From Candidatus Iainarchaeum sp. (GTDB taxonomy: Archaea > Iainarchaeota > Iainarchaeia > Iainarchaeales > GCA-2688035), in the NCBI GenBank assembly GCA_017610175.1, contig JAFCCO010000001.1, forward strand, positions 1-64,000: a stretch of 64,000 bases of DNA. The letters run 5' to 3'. A model generated the notes under the pieces. That model was not told the origin of the DNA and did no database searches. It saw only the letters and a program-made list of their open reading frames with translations. The position numbers and the translations under genes are program-made. Shown one piece after another: positions 1-8,529 of this stretch (position 1 is its first letter; each line of letters opens with the position of its first letter).

Positions 1-1460
1 CCTTTTGGTCCTGCTGAGGCGTCTGAAACTTTTACCCAAAAGACAGGGGTTGCATTGTCACTTGAAGTATTGGAGGCGGGGTGTTTGTTGGAAAGTGTTG
101 GGGGTGTGTTTTCCACTGCAAAGCTTTTTGAGCTTGGCATTGTGTTTGAGTCGGTTCCGTCGTTTATTTCGATTGTTATCCAGTAGTTGTTGTCTGCTAT
201 GCTTGAAATGTTCCAGTCGTAACTGCAAACCATTCCTGTTTTGTTGTTTGTGTCGCATGAGCCGTGTCCTGCTTCTGTGCTTAAATTGATGTCTCCTGCT
301 ATTTTGTTTGTTTTTCCTCCGCTGCTTGTATCATACCATATGTTAAAGTTCAAATCGTTGCTTTCTGCGTCGGAAACTCTGAACTTTACTGTCAAATTGC
401 GGTCTCTGGCGTAAGAAAAAACAGGCAGCCCAGTATTGAAGTCCCAGCCGTCAACCTGCCAAACGTTCAGGTCTGGGGCTGTGTTTGCTTCTGTATAATA
501 AACAGTTATCCTAAAATGGTCTATATTAGCAATTCCATCGTCTTTTTTTTCTATCTCTGCTAAAATTCCATCAATAGTGCTCCCGGCAGGAATAGCAAAT
601 TCAAAATTAGTAGCTTTGAGATAATGACTACCGGCATACGATGTTCTTGCACTTGTCACCACTCCAAAAGCCACATCATTTATATTTTCTGCTGTCCAAT
701 CTTCACTCCACAAATCCTCTGCCCCACCATAAGATATATAAGTATCAGATGACGACCAATAATTAGTATCCCATTTACTTTCTTCTCCAATAGAACCATC
801 GGCTTTGACTATTTTTATTTGAACATCACAAACACTTGCCGGTCCTAAGTCTACAGTTGCATAAGCATTATTACTCGCTTTTGCATTATCAGGGTCACTC
901 CACGCTAAACCTCCGGGAGCATCATCATCTACCACTGTTCCTGGTGAATTTGGTCCTTCAGCATTAGGATCCACAACATAATCAAACTCAACCCCTGCAT
1001 TCTTAACTTTCAAATCAAAAACATCATAACTCTCGCCTTCTGGGAGATTAGTTAATAGAATTCTGTATTTTTTATCTTCATTGACATTTTCAAATTTTGT
1101 TATTAATTCATCGCTGTCTTGTGTATAAACTTCAATTTCTGCATCCTCGCCTGAAACAGAACGAGCATAGATTGTTATATCTCTTTTATTTGTTAAATTT
1201 CTCTCAAATGTAACCCTTACATACTGTTCTGGTGGGATTTCTTCGCTCCAGATTCCATCTCTTGCGTTGGTTTGTTCATAGACGTTGCCCACGGGGGTGT
1301 GGTTTTCATCCAAATGGGTGGCTCTTGTAATGGGGATTTTTCCAAAGCTGGGGCTCTGCCTTTTTTGGGGGAGTTCAATTGCATCTATGGCATTGCCGGT
1401 TGGTGAATTGAAGAAAAGCAATAAAAACAATGCCATAATTAACTGGTTTTTGTTATTCAA
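1..1460 (-). CDS. Secreted/cell-surface multidomain protein (3' end runs off the window; not in ORF track)
   Basis: Manual translation gives an open frame of 486 codons from TTG at 1460 (GGGG RBS upstream): MNNKNQLIMALFLLLFFNSPTGNA signal-like N-terminus, ...EFDYVVDP..., YGGAEDLWSEDWT..., then Asn/Thr/Ser-rich beta-sandwich-like sequence; no stop before position 1. Confidence 0.85.
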   Translation of the reverse strand, partial: MNNKNQLIMALFLLLFFNSPTGNAIDAIELPQKRQSPSFGKIPITRATHLDENHTPVGNVYEQTNARDGIWSEEIPPEQYVRVTFERNLTNKRDITIYARSVSGEDAEIEVYTQDSDELITKFENVNEDKKYRILLTNLPEGESYDVFDLKVKNAGVEFDYVVDPNAEGPNSPGTVVDDDAPGGLAWSDPDNAKASNNAYATVDLGPASVCDVQIKIVKADGSIGEESKWDTNYWSSSDTYISYGGAEDLWSEDWTAENINDVAFGVVTSARTSYAGSHYLKATNFEFAIPAGSTIDGILAEIEKKDDGIANIDHFRITVYYTEANTAPDLNVWQVDGWDFNTGLPVFSYARDRNLTVKFRVSDAESNDLNFNIWYDTSSGGKTNKIAGDINLSTEAGHGSCDTNNKTGMVCSYDWNISSIADNNYWITIEINDGTDSNTMPSSKSFAVENTPPTLSNKHPASNTSSDNATPVFWVKVSDASAGPK

Positions 1461-1593
1461 TGAAAACCCCTTTTTATCCTGCAAATAAGGTAAATGTTAA
1501 TGAGTATCTTTCTAAATACAAAGGCACTCTTTTGTATATAAAGGTGCTTTTTTGATGTTTACTTTCCCTTTTTTTCAGATTGCTTTGGCGGAA

Positions 1594-1839
1594 TTATTTG
1601 AATTGTTTTTTTGTTGATTTGAGGTACGCGGTTACCAGATTGCTCCGCAAGTGCAGGGTTTTGTTTCCCATTTCTCCGTTTATTCTGATGCACTTTTTGC
1701 AAGTTTGAGTGAATCTAAAGTTATCCTCTTCGCTTGCATCAAGCATTGCTTTGTGCTTGTCACAAAGGTTCCATGCAACAGTTAGATTTTCTAATGCGTC
1801 AAGTTCCTTATTTGTAACTTGCAGTGCCACTTTAACCAT
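1594..1839 (-). CDS. Hypothetical small protein with CxxH...CxxC putative metal motif
   Basis: ORF directly downstream of the toxin gene; ATG at 1839 with GGGTTGA RBS; LCDKH and TCKKC motifs. Confidence 0.55.
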   Translation of the reverse strand: MVKVALQVTNKELDALENLTVAWNLCDKHKAMLDASEEDNFRFTQTCKKCIRINGEMGNKTLHLRSNLVTAYLKSTKKQFK

Positions 1840-1856
1840 GTTTTCAACCCGCAATT

Positions 1857-2201
1857 TTATTCTAGCGCAAGACTTGTTTTTAGGGCTTCGTCTACTTTTT
1901 TCATTGTTTTTGGCTTTAGCATTCCAAGTTTCTTAATTACTCTGTGTTCGATGGAAACTGTTCTGAGTTGGTTCAACAGAATTGTGCTGTCTTTTGGTAG
2001 GTTGCTTTCCCCTTTTTGTGCCTGAACCGTGAACGGGTATTCTTTTTCGCTTTTTGAAGTTATTGCTGCAACGATTGTTGTGGGGCTTACTGTGTTGCCC
2101 AAATCGTTTTGGATAATTAGGCAAGGCCTGGTTTTTCCCTGTTCTGAGCCTTTTACTGGTTCCAGGGTGGCGAGGACAATATCGCCTCTTTTAATAATCA
2201 T
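1857..2201 (-). CDS. mazF: PemK/MazF-family endoribonuclease toxin
   Basis: RGDIVLATLEPVKGSEQGKTRPCLIIQND, IVAAITS, DSTILLNQLRTVS motifs. Confidence 0.95.
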   Translation of the reverse strand: MIIKRGDIVLATLEPVKGSEQGKTRPCLIIQNDLGNTVSPTTIVAAITSKSEKEYPFTVQAQKGESNLPKDSTILLNQLRTVSIEHRVIKKLGMLKPKTMKKVDEALKTSLALE

Positions 2202-2457
2202 CTAGCATCTTGTCCGCTTCTTTGCTTGCATATTTCCATCCTTCTTCAATTTTAAGGTCTTGCTTTGCCATCTTCTTATACCCCTCAATCAGTAATTTTT
2301 CTTTTTCCTTTTTACTCAAAGCTTTCTCAACCACAATCTTACCGTCCTCTATCTTGACAATAACTTTGTCTTTTTTCTTCAGGTTTTCTTTTTCCCTGAT
2401 GATTTTGGGGATAGTTATTTGGCCTCTTTCACCGACAACGGTAACGCTTTCATACAT
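2191..2457 (-). CDS. AbrB/MazE/SpoVT-family antitoxin
   Basis: VGERGQITIPKIIRE...DKV...EDGKIVV swapped-hairpin motif; overlaps the toxin start. Confidence 0.9.
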   Translation of the reverse strand: MYESVTVVGERGQITIPKIIREKENLKKKDKVIVKIEDGKIVVEKALSKKEKEKLLIEGYKKMAKQDLKIEEGWKYASKEADKMLDDY

Positions 2458-2467
2458 ACAATCACCA

Positions 2468-2482
2468 ACGTAATTTTTACAT
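2468..2482. promoter_or_regulatory. Candidate TA autoregulatory operator (imperfect palindrome)
   Basis: ACGTAATTTTTACAT just upstream of the antitoxin RBS. Confidence 0.3.
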
Positions 2483-2617
2483 ATTAATTCATATCCAAAA
2501 CATATTTAAGGCTTGTGGTTATCATCACTGCTTGGGTGAAACTGTGGCTAAAGGGATTTCCTCTTGTATCTGAACCTTTATTTGAAAAACTCAAACTGAA
2601 CCACCTTCATTTAGGCT

Positions 2618-2728
2618 GAATTTTTTCTGGAAACGATTCGTGCACTGGAGGCATTAAATTTTTAGGCGCAGCCGACCCGGAGGGAAAAAGTTTAAGCCGA
2701 TCAGTGCACAAGTTGTAAGAAAAAATTC
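2618..2728 (-). mobile_element. Integron attC-like recombination site / long imperfect palindrome
   Basis: Minus strand: GAATTTTTTC-TTACAAC-TT-GTGCACTG-ATCG-GCTTAAACTTTTT...AAAAATTTAATGC-CTC-CAGTGCAC-GAATC-GTTTCCA-GAAAAAATTC; AAC/GTT core triplets, asymmetric spacer, unpaired bases. Confidence 0.55.
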
Positions 2729-2749
2729 GCTATGAGATGGTGAGGTTTT

Positions 2750-3736
2750 TCAAATCCAAGTAATGTCAACTTGGTCAGTGCGTTGTTTTGGTTTCACTTC
2801 ACTGTCTTCTAATTTCATTCTAATTCCGTTTTTATATTCTACCAATCCCAACCACGCTGGCAACAAACCATTATCAACACAAGCTGGCACAGGCGGAACA
2901 AACATTTCAGCCCCGCGCTCTTTGCACATTGTGTCCATCATTTCCCTCAAGGCCTTGCTTGCGGCAACCCCTCCTGTCAAAACAAGCTCGTTTTTTTCGG
3001 TGTGCGCAAGGGCCCTCTCGGTCACCTCTGTAAGCATTGCAAATGCGTTGTGCATCAGGCTGTATGCGAGGTCGATTGCATCCTCTTTTCCAATTTTTTG
3101 CTCGGCAGCGGTTTGCAGTCCTGAGAAAACCAAATCCATTCCCTTAACGGAGTAGGGAAGCTTTACAAGGTTCTTTTTTTTAAAATACATTTCGTCAATT
3201 TTTGGCCCTGCAGGAAAGCCAAGCCCTATTGCCCTTCCAAAACTGTCAAGCAGGTTTCCAATTCCCACATCGAGAGTTTCACCGTAAACCCTGTACCTGC
3301 CTGTTTCATACCCAATAATCTGCGTGTTTGCTCCGCTTGCATAGCACACTATTGGGTCCTTTGCCCCTGTAAGGGCCTTTGCAATTTCAATGTGTGCAAT
3401 GCAGTGGTTTACGCCAAGCAATTGCTTGTTGTGGGCTAGTGCAAGGCTGCGCGCAACCGCTGCGCCCACCTGCAAACAGGCCCCAAGCCCCGGGCCCTGC
3501 GAGTATGAAACAAGGCCAATGTCTTTTGGCTTTAGGCCTGCCGCTTCAAGCGCCCTCTTCAAAACCGCTGGCGCATTTTCAACGTGTGAGTCTGCCGCCT
3601 CCCTTGGCTTAATGCCGCCCTCCTGGGTGGTGAACGCCTTCTTTTCGTTGGCGAGGATATTGCACTCGCCCTTCTCGTTGGAAACAATTCCCACTCCAAA
3701 GGTGTGTGCTGTTGATTCGATTCCAAGGCAGATCAT
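2750..3736 (-). CDS. kae1: tRNA N6-threonylcarbamoyladenosine synthase Kae1 (KEOPS)
   Basis: LGIESTAHTFG, GPGLG, NHCIAHIE, SGANTQ, GGVAA, DNG motifs; ATGA overlap with sua5. Confidence 0.97.
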   Translation of the reverse strand: MICLGIESTAHTFGVGIVSNEKGECNILANEKKAFTTQEGGIKPREAADSHVENAPAVLKRALEAAGLKPKDIGLVSYSQGPGLGACLQVGAAVARSLALAHNKQLLGVNHCIAHIEIAKALTGAKDPIVCYASGANTQIIGYETGRYRVYGETLDVGIGNLLDSFGRAIGLGFPAGPKIDEMYFKKKNLVKLPYSVKGMDLVFSGLQTAAEQKIGKEDAIDLAYSLMHNAFAMLTEVTERALAHTEKNELVLTGGVAASKALREMMDTMCKERGAEMFVPPVPACVDNGLLPAWLGLVEYKNGIRMKLEDSEVKPKQRTDQVDITWI

Positions 3737-4377
3737 TTGGCCACTTCGCATTTGTTTCCTGTTTCAATTTCTTTTCCTAAAACCTTTTCAAGCTCTTGCT
3801 TTGGAATTTCTCCCCCGCGCAAAAGGATGTTGCTGAATGTGCAGTATATTGTGCTCGCCGGCTTTTTATCCATGTTGCCCGCATCCACTATTAAGTTAAC
3901 CTTTTCTCCAAACACGCGAATTGCTTCCTCTGCCGAATAGATTGCGGGTTTTCCATGAATGTTTGCGCTGGTCGCGGTTATTGCGTGCCCAAAGGAGCGG
4001 GCAAGTTTTGATGCAAACTCGTTGCTTGAAATTCTGAATGCAATTCCGTTTGTTGTGATGTTTGCAGGAACAATTTCCTTATGCCTGCTGATTAGTGTAA
4101 GCGGGCCTGGCATGAATTTGTGCACCAGTTCCCTTGAGCGCTCGTTCAGGTATGCAACCTGTTCCGCCTGCTTTTCTCCGGCAACGATTACGCTGATTGG
4201 TTTGTCGTGCGGCTGTTCCTTTGCTTTGTGGACCTTTTCAACGGCCTCTTCGTTCAAAGCGTCTGCTCCAACACCATAGCTTGTTTCGGTTGGGTAGATT
4301 ATTATTCCCCCATTTTTTAGCACGCGGACTGCGTCGCTTATTGCATTTTCATCCTCAACTTTCACAATTTTTGCCAC
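3733..4377 (-). CDS. tsaC: L-threonylcarbamoyladenylate synthase (Sua5/YrdC, single domain)
   Basis: YPTETSYG, PGPLT, TATSANIHG, ASTI motifs. Confidence 0.93.
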   Translation of the reverse strand: MAKIVKVEDENAISDAVRVLKNGGIIIYPTETSYGVGADALNEEAVEKVHKAKEQPHDKPISVIVAGEKQAEQVAYLNERSRELVHKFMPGPLTLISRHKEIVPANITTNGIAFRISSNEFASKLARSFGHAITATSANIHGKPAIYSAEEAIRVFGEKVNLIVDAGNMDKKPASTIYCTFSNILLRGGEIPKQELEKVLGKEIETGNKCEVAK

Positions 4378-4941
4378 TCAAATTACTCCAAGTATTATGC
4401 TTAGTGCGAAAATATTGTAAAGAGTGTGTGCGGCAATTATTGGGAAAAGGTTTTGCCATCGCTTAAAAGCGTATGCAAGAATCAATCCAAGCAGGAACGC
4501 GCCTGCAACCTCCAAGTATGAGCCGTAGCTTGCGTGCATCGCGGCAAAAACAACGCTGGATCCAAGAATTCCTATTTTTGGGACAAGGAATCCGCGGAAC
4601 AAAACCTCTTCCGCGGCAACCCTTACTATCAGCAGGTATGCTAAAAATAGGGGGGCGGTGGCAACTATTTCGCTGAATTGCCCTGCAATCGGAGCCATAT
4701 CATTTACTTGAAAGAAGCTTGCTCCCTGTGCCAAGGCAACGCCCACAATTGCGATTGCAATAAATAGTGCGATTGCCTGTTTTGCAAATGCGCTTGGCTT
4801 GATTGCCTTAAGGCCAAGCTTTTCAAAAGCGATCCTTAGGTCTGAAAGCTTTGTTGGTTTTAGCCTTAGCTCAAGTATGAGCCATGAAAGTGGGGCTAGG
4901 AGTAGAAACGAGTCTGTCAGCAGGTTTGCTGCAATACTCAT
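4378..4941 (-). CDS. CPBP/CAAX (Abi) family intramembrane glutamic endopeptidase
   Basis: EEVLFRG, FAAMH, AHTLYN motifs; hydrophobic helices; start at 4941 overlaps the S27ae stop. Confidence 0.92.
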   Translation of the reverse strand: MSIAANLLTDSFLLLAPLSWLILELRLKPTKLSDLRIAFEKLGLKAIKPSAFAKQAIALFIAIAIVGVALAQGASFFQVNDMAPIAGQFSEIVATAPLFLAYLLIVRVAAEEVLFRGFLVPKIGILGSSVVFAAMHASYGSYLEVAGAFLLGLILAYAFKRWQNLFPIIAAHTLYNIFALSIILGVI

Positions 4942-5147
4942 TGTTTCTTCCACTCGGTGTAAGAGCATTTACCGCATGAGAACCTGTTTTTGTGTTCTGC
5001 AAGGAATACCCCTCCCCCACACTTTGGGCATGATCTCCTTTCTTTGGTTGCGGTGTCTCCCTCAATCTTGTAGTAAGCGCCCTTCTTCATTTTCTCGTGC
5101 TTTTTTCTTACCTTTTTTCCCTTTCTTTCCTTTTGTTTTTTTGGCAT
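4938..5147 (-). CDS. rps27ae: 30S ribosomal protein S27ae (eS31)
   Basis: CPKCGGGVFLAEHKNRFSCGKC zinc finger. Confidence 0.96.
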   Translation of the reverse strand: MPKKQKERKGKKVRKKHEKMKKGAYYKIEGDTATKERRSCPKCGGGVFLAEHKNRFSCGKCSYTEWKKQ

Positions 5148-5590
5148 TATTGCTCACCCTCTTTTTTCTCTTTTGCGGGCTCTTCCTTCTTCTCTTCTTC
5201 AGCAGGCTTTTCTTCGGCTTCTGCGGGCTTCTCAGCTGGAGCTTCTTCAGCCGGCTTTTCGGCTGGAGCGGCTTCGGTTGCTTTCTGTTTTGCTTCAGCT
5301 TCCTTGCCTTTCTTTACGCCCTTGTTTCTTCCAACCATGTAGTAAAGTTCTGTTTTTTCCGCATCTTCTTTTGATGCATAGATGTGGGCTTTTCCCTCAA
5401 TGTTTGTTGAGCCAAACCCGTGTGATATTTTGGAAATGATTACCTGTTCCGGCTTTTTGTTTTCCATTGCTGCAATCTTTTCCCTAAGTTCCTTCCTTGC
5501 AGGGGGAACTTTTGCATTCTCCACTGTAAATTCAAGCTCTGTTCTTTTGAGCAAAGTGTTTTCCTTCTTTCCTTTAATTGTCACTTCCAT
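5147..5590 (-). CDS. rps24e: 30S ribosomal protein S24e with Ala/Glu/Lys/Pro-rich tail
   Basis: NTLLKRTE, PPARKELR, FG, GKAHIY motifs; synteny. Confidence 0.93.
   Translation of the reverse strand: MEVTIKGKKENTLLKRTELEFTVENAKVPPARKELREKIAAMENKKPEQVIISKISHGFGSTNIEGKAHIYASKEDAEKTELYYMVGRNKGVKKGKEAEAKQKATEAAPAEKPAEEAPAEKPAEAEEKPAEEEKKEEPAKEKKEGEQ
5195..5270 (-). repeat. Short coding tandem repeat (APAEKPAEE-like) in the S24e tail
   Basis: AAPAEKPAEEAPAEKPAEAEEKPAEE; approximate limits. Confidence 0.6.
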
Positions 5591-5616
5591 TGTATACCAC
5601 CTTTTTTTTGCAAATG

Positions 5617-5811
5617 TTATCTGCTTAACTGTAAAGCGTACTTTCCTGGAGTACTAATTCCCATTTTTTTTGCGATTTCGCTTTTTTCAGGGTCAACTAT
5701 TACCACATAGCCTCTCCAGAATGTCGTGAATGTGCTTCCCTTGCATATTGGGCATTCTTTTGCGTCGTCCACAATCTTTCTGCATGTTCTGCATGCTTTT
5801 TGCTTAGCCAT
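5617..5811 (-). CDS. spt4: Transcription elongation factor Spt4 (RpoE'')
   Basis: ACRTC...CPIC, W.G.V.I.DPEKSEIAK, PGKYAL. Confidence 0.96.
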   Translation of the reverse strand: MAKQKACRTCRKIVDDAKECPICKGSTFTTFWRGYVVIVDPEKSEIAKKMGISTPGKYALQLSR

Positions 5812-5818
5812 TAACTAC

Positions 5819-6409
5819 CTACTCCTTTTTTTCCTTGCCTTCCTTTTTGGCTTTGGGTTCTGGCTTTTTCCTGTCTTCTTTCTTTGTCCAGCTTTCCTTT
5901 CCAAGGAACGGCTGCCTCATTGTAAGCCCTATTTTACTGTTCTGGATGTTTCCCTTTAGTGAGATTGTCACGATTCTTGTGAGAACGTCATCCTCCACAG
6001 TGAGCTTCTTTCCTGTTTTTTTGCCAACAAAGCCAGGCATTTTTGCGTCATAGTTAATAAAGTCGTCCATGATTTGACTCACGTGCACAAGTCCTTCAAC
6101 CGGGCTGATTCTTACAAACGCCCCGAATTCTGTTACCTCTGTTACTGTGCCTTCCACAATTTCGTGCATCTGTGGTTTGTACATTAGGAGCTCAAGGTCT
6201 GTTTCGTAGTATGCTGCGCCGTCTCCCAGCACAACTTTCCCCTCTCCGACTTCGCCGACACCTGTCACTGCTATAACAAGGCCAACGTCTTCATCCACAA
6301 TTCCTTCGTATTCTTCCTGCACAAGCTTGAGTATGCTCTCGTCAAGTTTTCCTCCAAATTCCTTTGGGGGGACTCTAACTTTTTCTTTTATTTTGATGAT
6401 TTTGTACAT
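5819..6409 (-). CDS. rpoE1: RNA polymerase subunit Rpo7 (E')
   Basis: VRVPP..FG, GDGAAY, FGAFV, GLVHVSQI, KIGLTMRQPFLG. Confidence 0.97.
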   Translation of the reverse strand: MYKIIKIKEKVRVPPKEFGGKLDESILKLVQEEYEGIVDEDVGLVIAVTGVGEVGEGKVVLGDGAAYYETDLELLMYKPQMHEIVEGTVTEVTEFGAFVRISPVEGLVHVSQIMDDFINYDAKMPGFVGKKTGKKLTVEDDVLTRIVTISLKGNIQNSKIGLTMRQPFLGKESWTKKEDRKKPEPKAKKEGKEKKE

Positions 6410-6419
6410 TTTAGCAACC

Positions 6420-6815
6420 TCACTCGATTTCAATCAATTTTTTGCTCCTGAGATAAATATTCTTTCCGGAAAGCATTTTTATTCTTTTTCTAAGCACTTT
6501 ATCGTTTGATGCGACGAAAAAACCCTGTTCTGCGAGTTTAACGAGTGCATCATCCGCTCTTTGCTCTGAACTTTCCACAACCTTTACTTTGTTTTTTTCT
6601 GCGAGCTCTTTTACAAGCCTAATTTCCTTTTCTTTTTTCTTTCCTTTCTTTGAAATTTCTTCCAGTTCTTTTAGAATACTTTCTGTTACAAAGAATTCAA
6701 CCCTGTTCCCAAACTTTTCGCGAACAAGCTCGAACACGTCAATTTTGAATTGCACAACGGCCAACAGCATGTTTGTGTCGAAAACGACTTTGCTATTGGA
6801 CGATGCCAAACGCAA
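6420..6815 (-). CDS. PIN-domain protein (archaeal Fcf1/Utp24-like)
   Basis: VVFDTNML, ELE, ADDAL, VASND; conserved position between aIF2-gamma and rpoE'. Confidence 0.9.
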   Translation of the reverse strand: MRLASSNSKVVFDTNMLLAVVQFKIDVFELVREKFGNRVEFFVTESILKELEEISKKGKKKEKEIRLVKELAEKNKVKVVESSEQRADDALVKLAEQGFFVASNDKVLRKRIKMLSGKNIYLRSKKLIEIE

Positions 6816-8022
6816 CCAGCCTCCATCTTGTAGCTTCCTTTTTGCTTATTGCAACCTTCTGCCCTTTTTCAACAACAACACTGTTTCCGAGAACAGCCTC
6901 TAATTTGTTGTTTGCACTGGAGGTAACTGTTCCAATTAAAGGCATTGTTCCAACTGTCAGCACAATCTTTTCATTCATCTTTATTTCAGCGCTTCCTTTT
7001 CCCACAAGCCTTTCAATTGGCTGCACTTCAAGCTTAATTTTTGTTATTGGCTCCGGGACGTTTCCGGGGATTCCGATTACCTGGCCGCGCATTTTGTCGT
7101 TTTGGGTTATTGAGGGGTCAAGTTCTGTTCCAACCGCAATTAGGCCGCCTGCGTGCGCTTCCTTAATTTCCCCTGATGCGCATCCAAGGCTTACAATTTT
7201 TGTTTCAATCGGCTTTCCATCCACTCCGGGTGAGACAACTATCCTGTCGCCGACCTTTAATTTTCCCTGGTCAATTGAGCCTCCAAGAACGCCTCCCTTA
7301 AGCTCCGCCGGATTTACACCCGGTTTGTTTATGTCAAAGCTTCTTGCGCAGTGCATGTGAAGCGGTTTGTTCAATTCAAAGTTTGGTGTTGGGATTGCCG
7401 TGTTTATTGTTTCCATTAGCAGCTCCAGGTTTGTCCCAAAGTGCGCCGCTACCGGAATTATTGGCACGTTTTTGTATCCGTGCCCTTCAAGGAAATCGTT
7501 TATTTCTTTCATGCTTTCCATTGCCCTTTTTCTGCCAACAAGGTCTATCTTGTTTTGCGCAATCACAATGTTTTTCACGCCGGCTATTTTCAAAGCAACT
7601 AGGTGTTCTGTAGTTTGGGGTTGGGGGCATTTTTCGTTGGCCGCAATCACAAGTATTGCGCCGTGCATTAATGCCGCTCCGCTTAGCATTGTTGTCATCA
7701 GGGTCTCATGCCCTGGGGCGTCGACGAAACTTACAGTCCTAATCCTTTTTGCTTTCTTTCCGCAGTCAGGGCAAACGGCTTTGTTTGTGTATGTGTCTTT
7801 CTTTTTGCAGTCGCATGTGTAGAAGGTTACATCTGCGTAGCCAAGCCTGATTGAGATTCCTCTCTTTAGCTCTTCGCTGTGCGTATCGGTCCATTTCCCG
7901 GTCAGGGCCTGTGTGAGGCTTGTCTTCCCGTGGTCAACGTGCCCGATCATTCCTATGTTTAGGTCTGCCTGCACAGTCTTTGGCTTTTCGCTCTTCTTCT
8001 TTGTTTCCTTCTTCACAACCAT
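6793..8022 (-). CDS. eif2g: Translation initiation factor aIF2 gamma
   Basis: GHVDHGKT, EELKRGISIRLGY, DAPGHE, PQPQT.EH, QNKID, RSFDINKPG, WRL. Confidence 0.98.
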   Translation of the reverse strand: MVVKKETKKKSEKPKTVQADLNIGMIGHVDHGKTSLTQALTGKWTDTHSEELKRGISIRLGYADVTFYTCDCKKKDTYTNKAVCPDCGKKAKRIRTVSFVDAPGHETLMTTMLSGAALMHGAILVIAANEKCPQPQTTEHLVALKIAGVKNIVIAQNKIDLVGRKRAMESMKEINDFLEGHGYKNVPIIPVAAHFGTNLELLMETINTAIPTPNFELNKPLHMHCARSFDINKPGVNPAELKGGVLGGSIDQGKLKVGDRIVVSPGVDGKPIETKIVSLGCASGEIKEAHAGGLIAVGTELDPSITQNDKMRGQVIGIPGNVPEPITKIKLEVQPIERLVGKGSAEIKMNEKIVLTVGTMPLIGTVTSSANNKLEAVLGNSVVVEKGQKVAISKKEATRWRLVAFGIVQ

Positions 8023-8037
8023 TGCTTTTACCTGTTT

Positions 8038-8529
8038 TTACTTTCTAACTTTTCCCTTTGCCGCCTTTGCGTCTCCGGCCATTTCAACGTTTCCAACGTT
8101 TTCAAGTGATTTTTTCACAAGCCTTTCTTTTGCTGACTCTTCCTTTTCCTTTGGAGCGGCTTCCTCTACTTTCTTGAAGTACTCATCAAGTGGCTTGTCT
8201 CCTGTTGTTGTCACTTTAACGTTTATTTGCATGGTTTCAGGGCTGATTGTGTCACCGCGAACGCTTTTTCTCTTTCGCTGGCCTTTCCTCTTTGGCTCGA
8301 ACCCAATGCCGCCTGCTAGCAGCATTTTCTTTCTTCCCGGGCCCTGAAGGCTTTTTCTCATTGGAAAGCCTTGCTTGTCGCTTCCACCTGTTATTTTTGC
8401 TTTGTAGCCTGTAAGCCCGATTAGGCCAAGGCCAACTTCTTCCCCAATTGTTCGGTTAAGGAAAACAGCTTCTTCTGTCTTTTTGCTGAATGCCTTGCCG
8501 CTTTTGGGGTCGGAAATCACTATATTCAT
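8038..8529 (-). CDS. rps6e: 30S ribosomal protein S6e
   Basis: ITGGSDKQGFPM, GQRKRKSVRG, QIN. Confidence 0.97.
   Translation of the reverse strand: MNIVISDPKSGKAFSKKTEEAVFLNRTIGEEVGLGLIGLTGYKAKITGGSDKQGFPMRKSLQGPGRKKMLLAGGIGFEPKRKGQRKRKSVRGDTISPETMQINVKVTTTGDKPLDEYFKKVEEAAPKEKEESAKERLVKKSLENVGNVEMAGDAKAAKGKVRK

Noticed and set aside
2484-2594. Short ORF (MSFSNKGSDTRGNPF...) after the attC-like site
   Set aside because: Under 40 codons and runs into the TA promoter region; at most a remnant, so not called as a gene.
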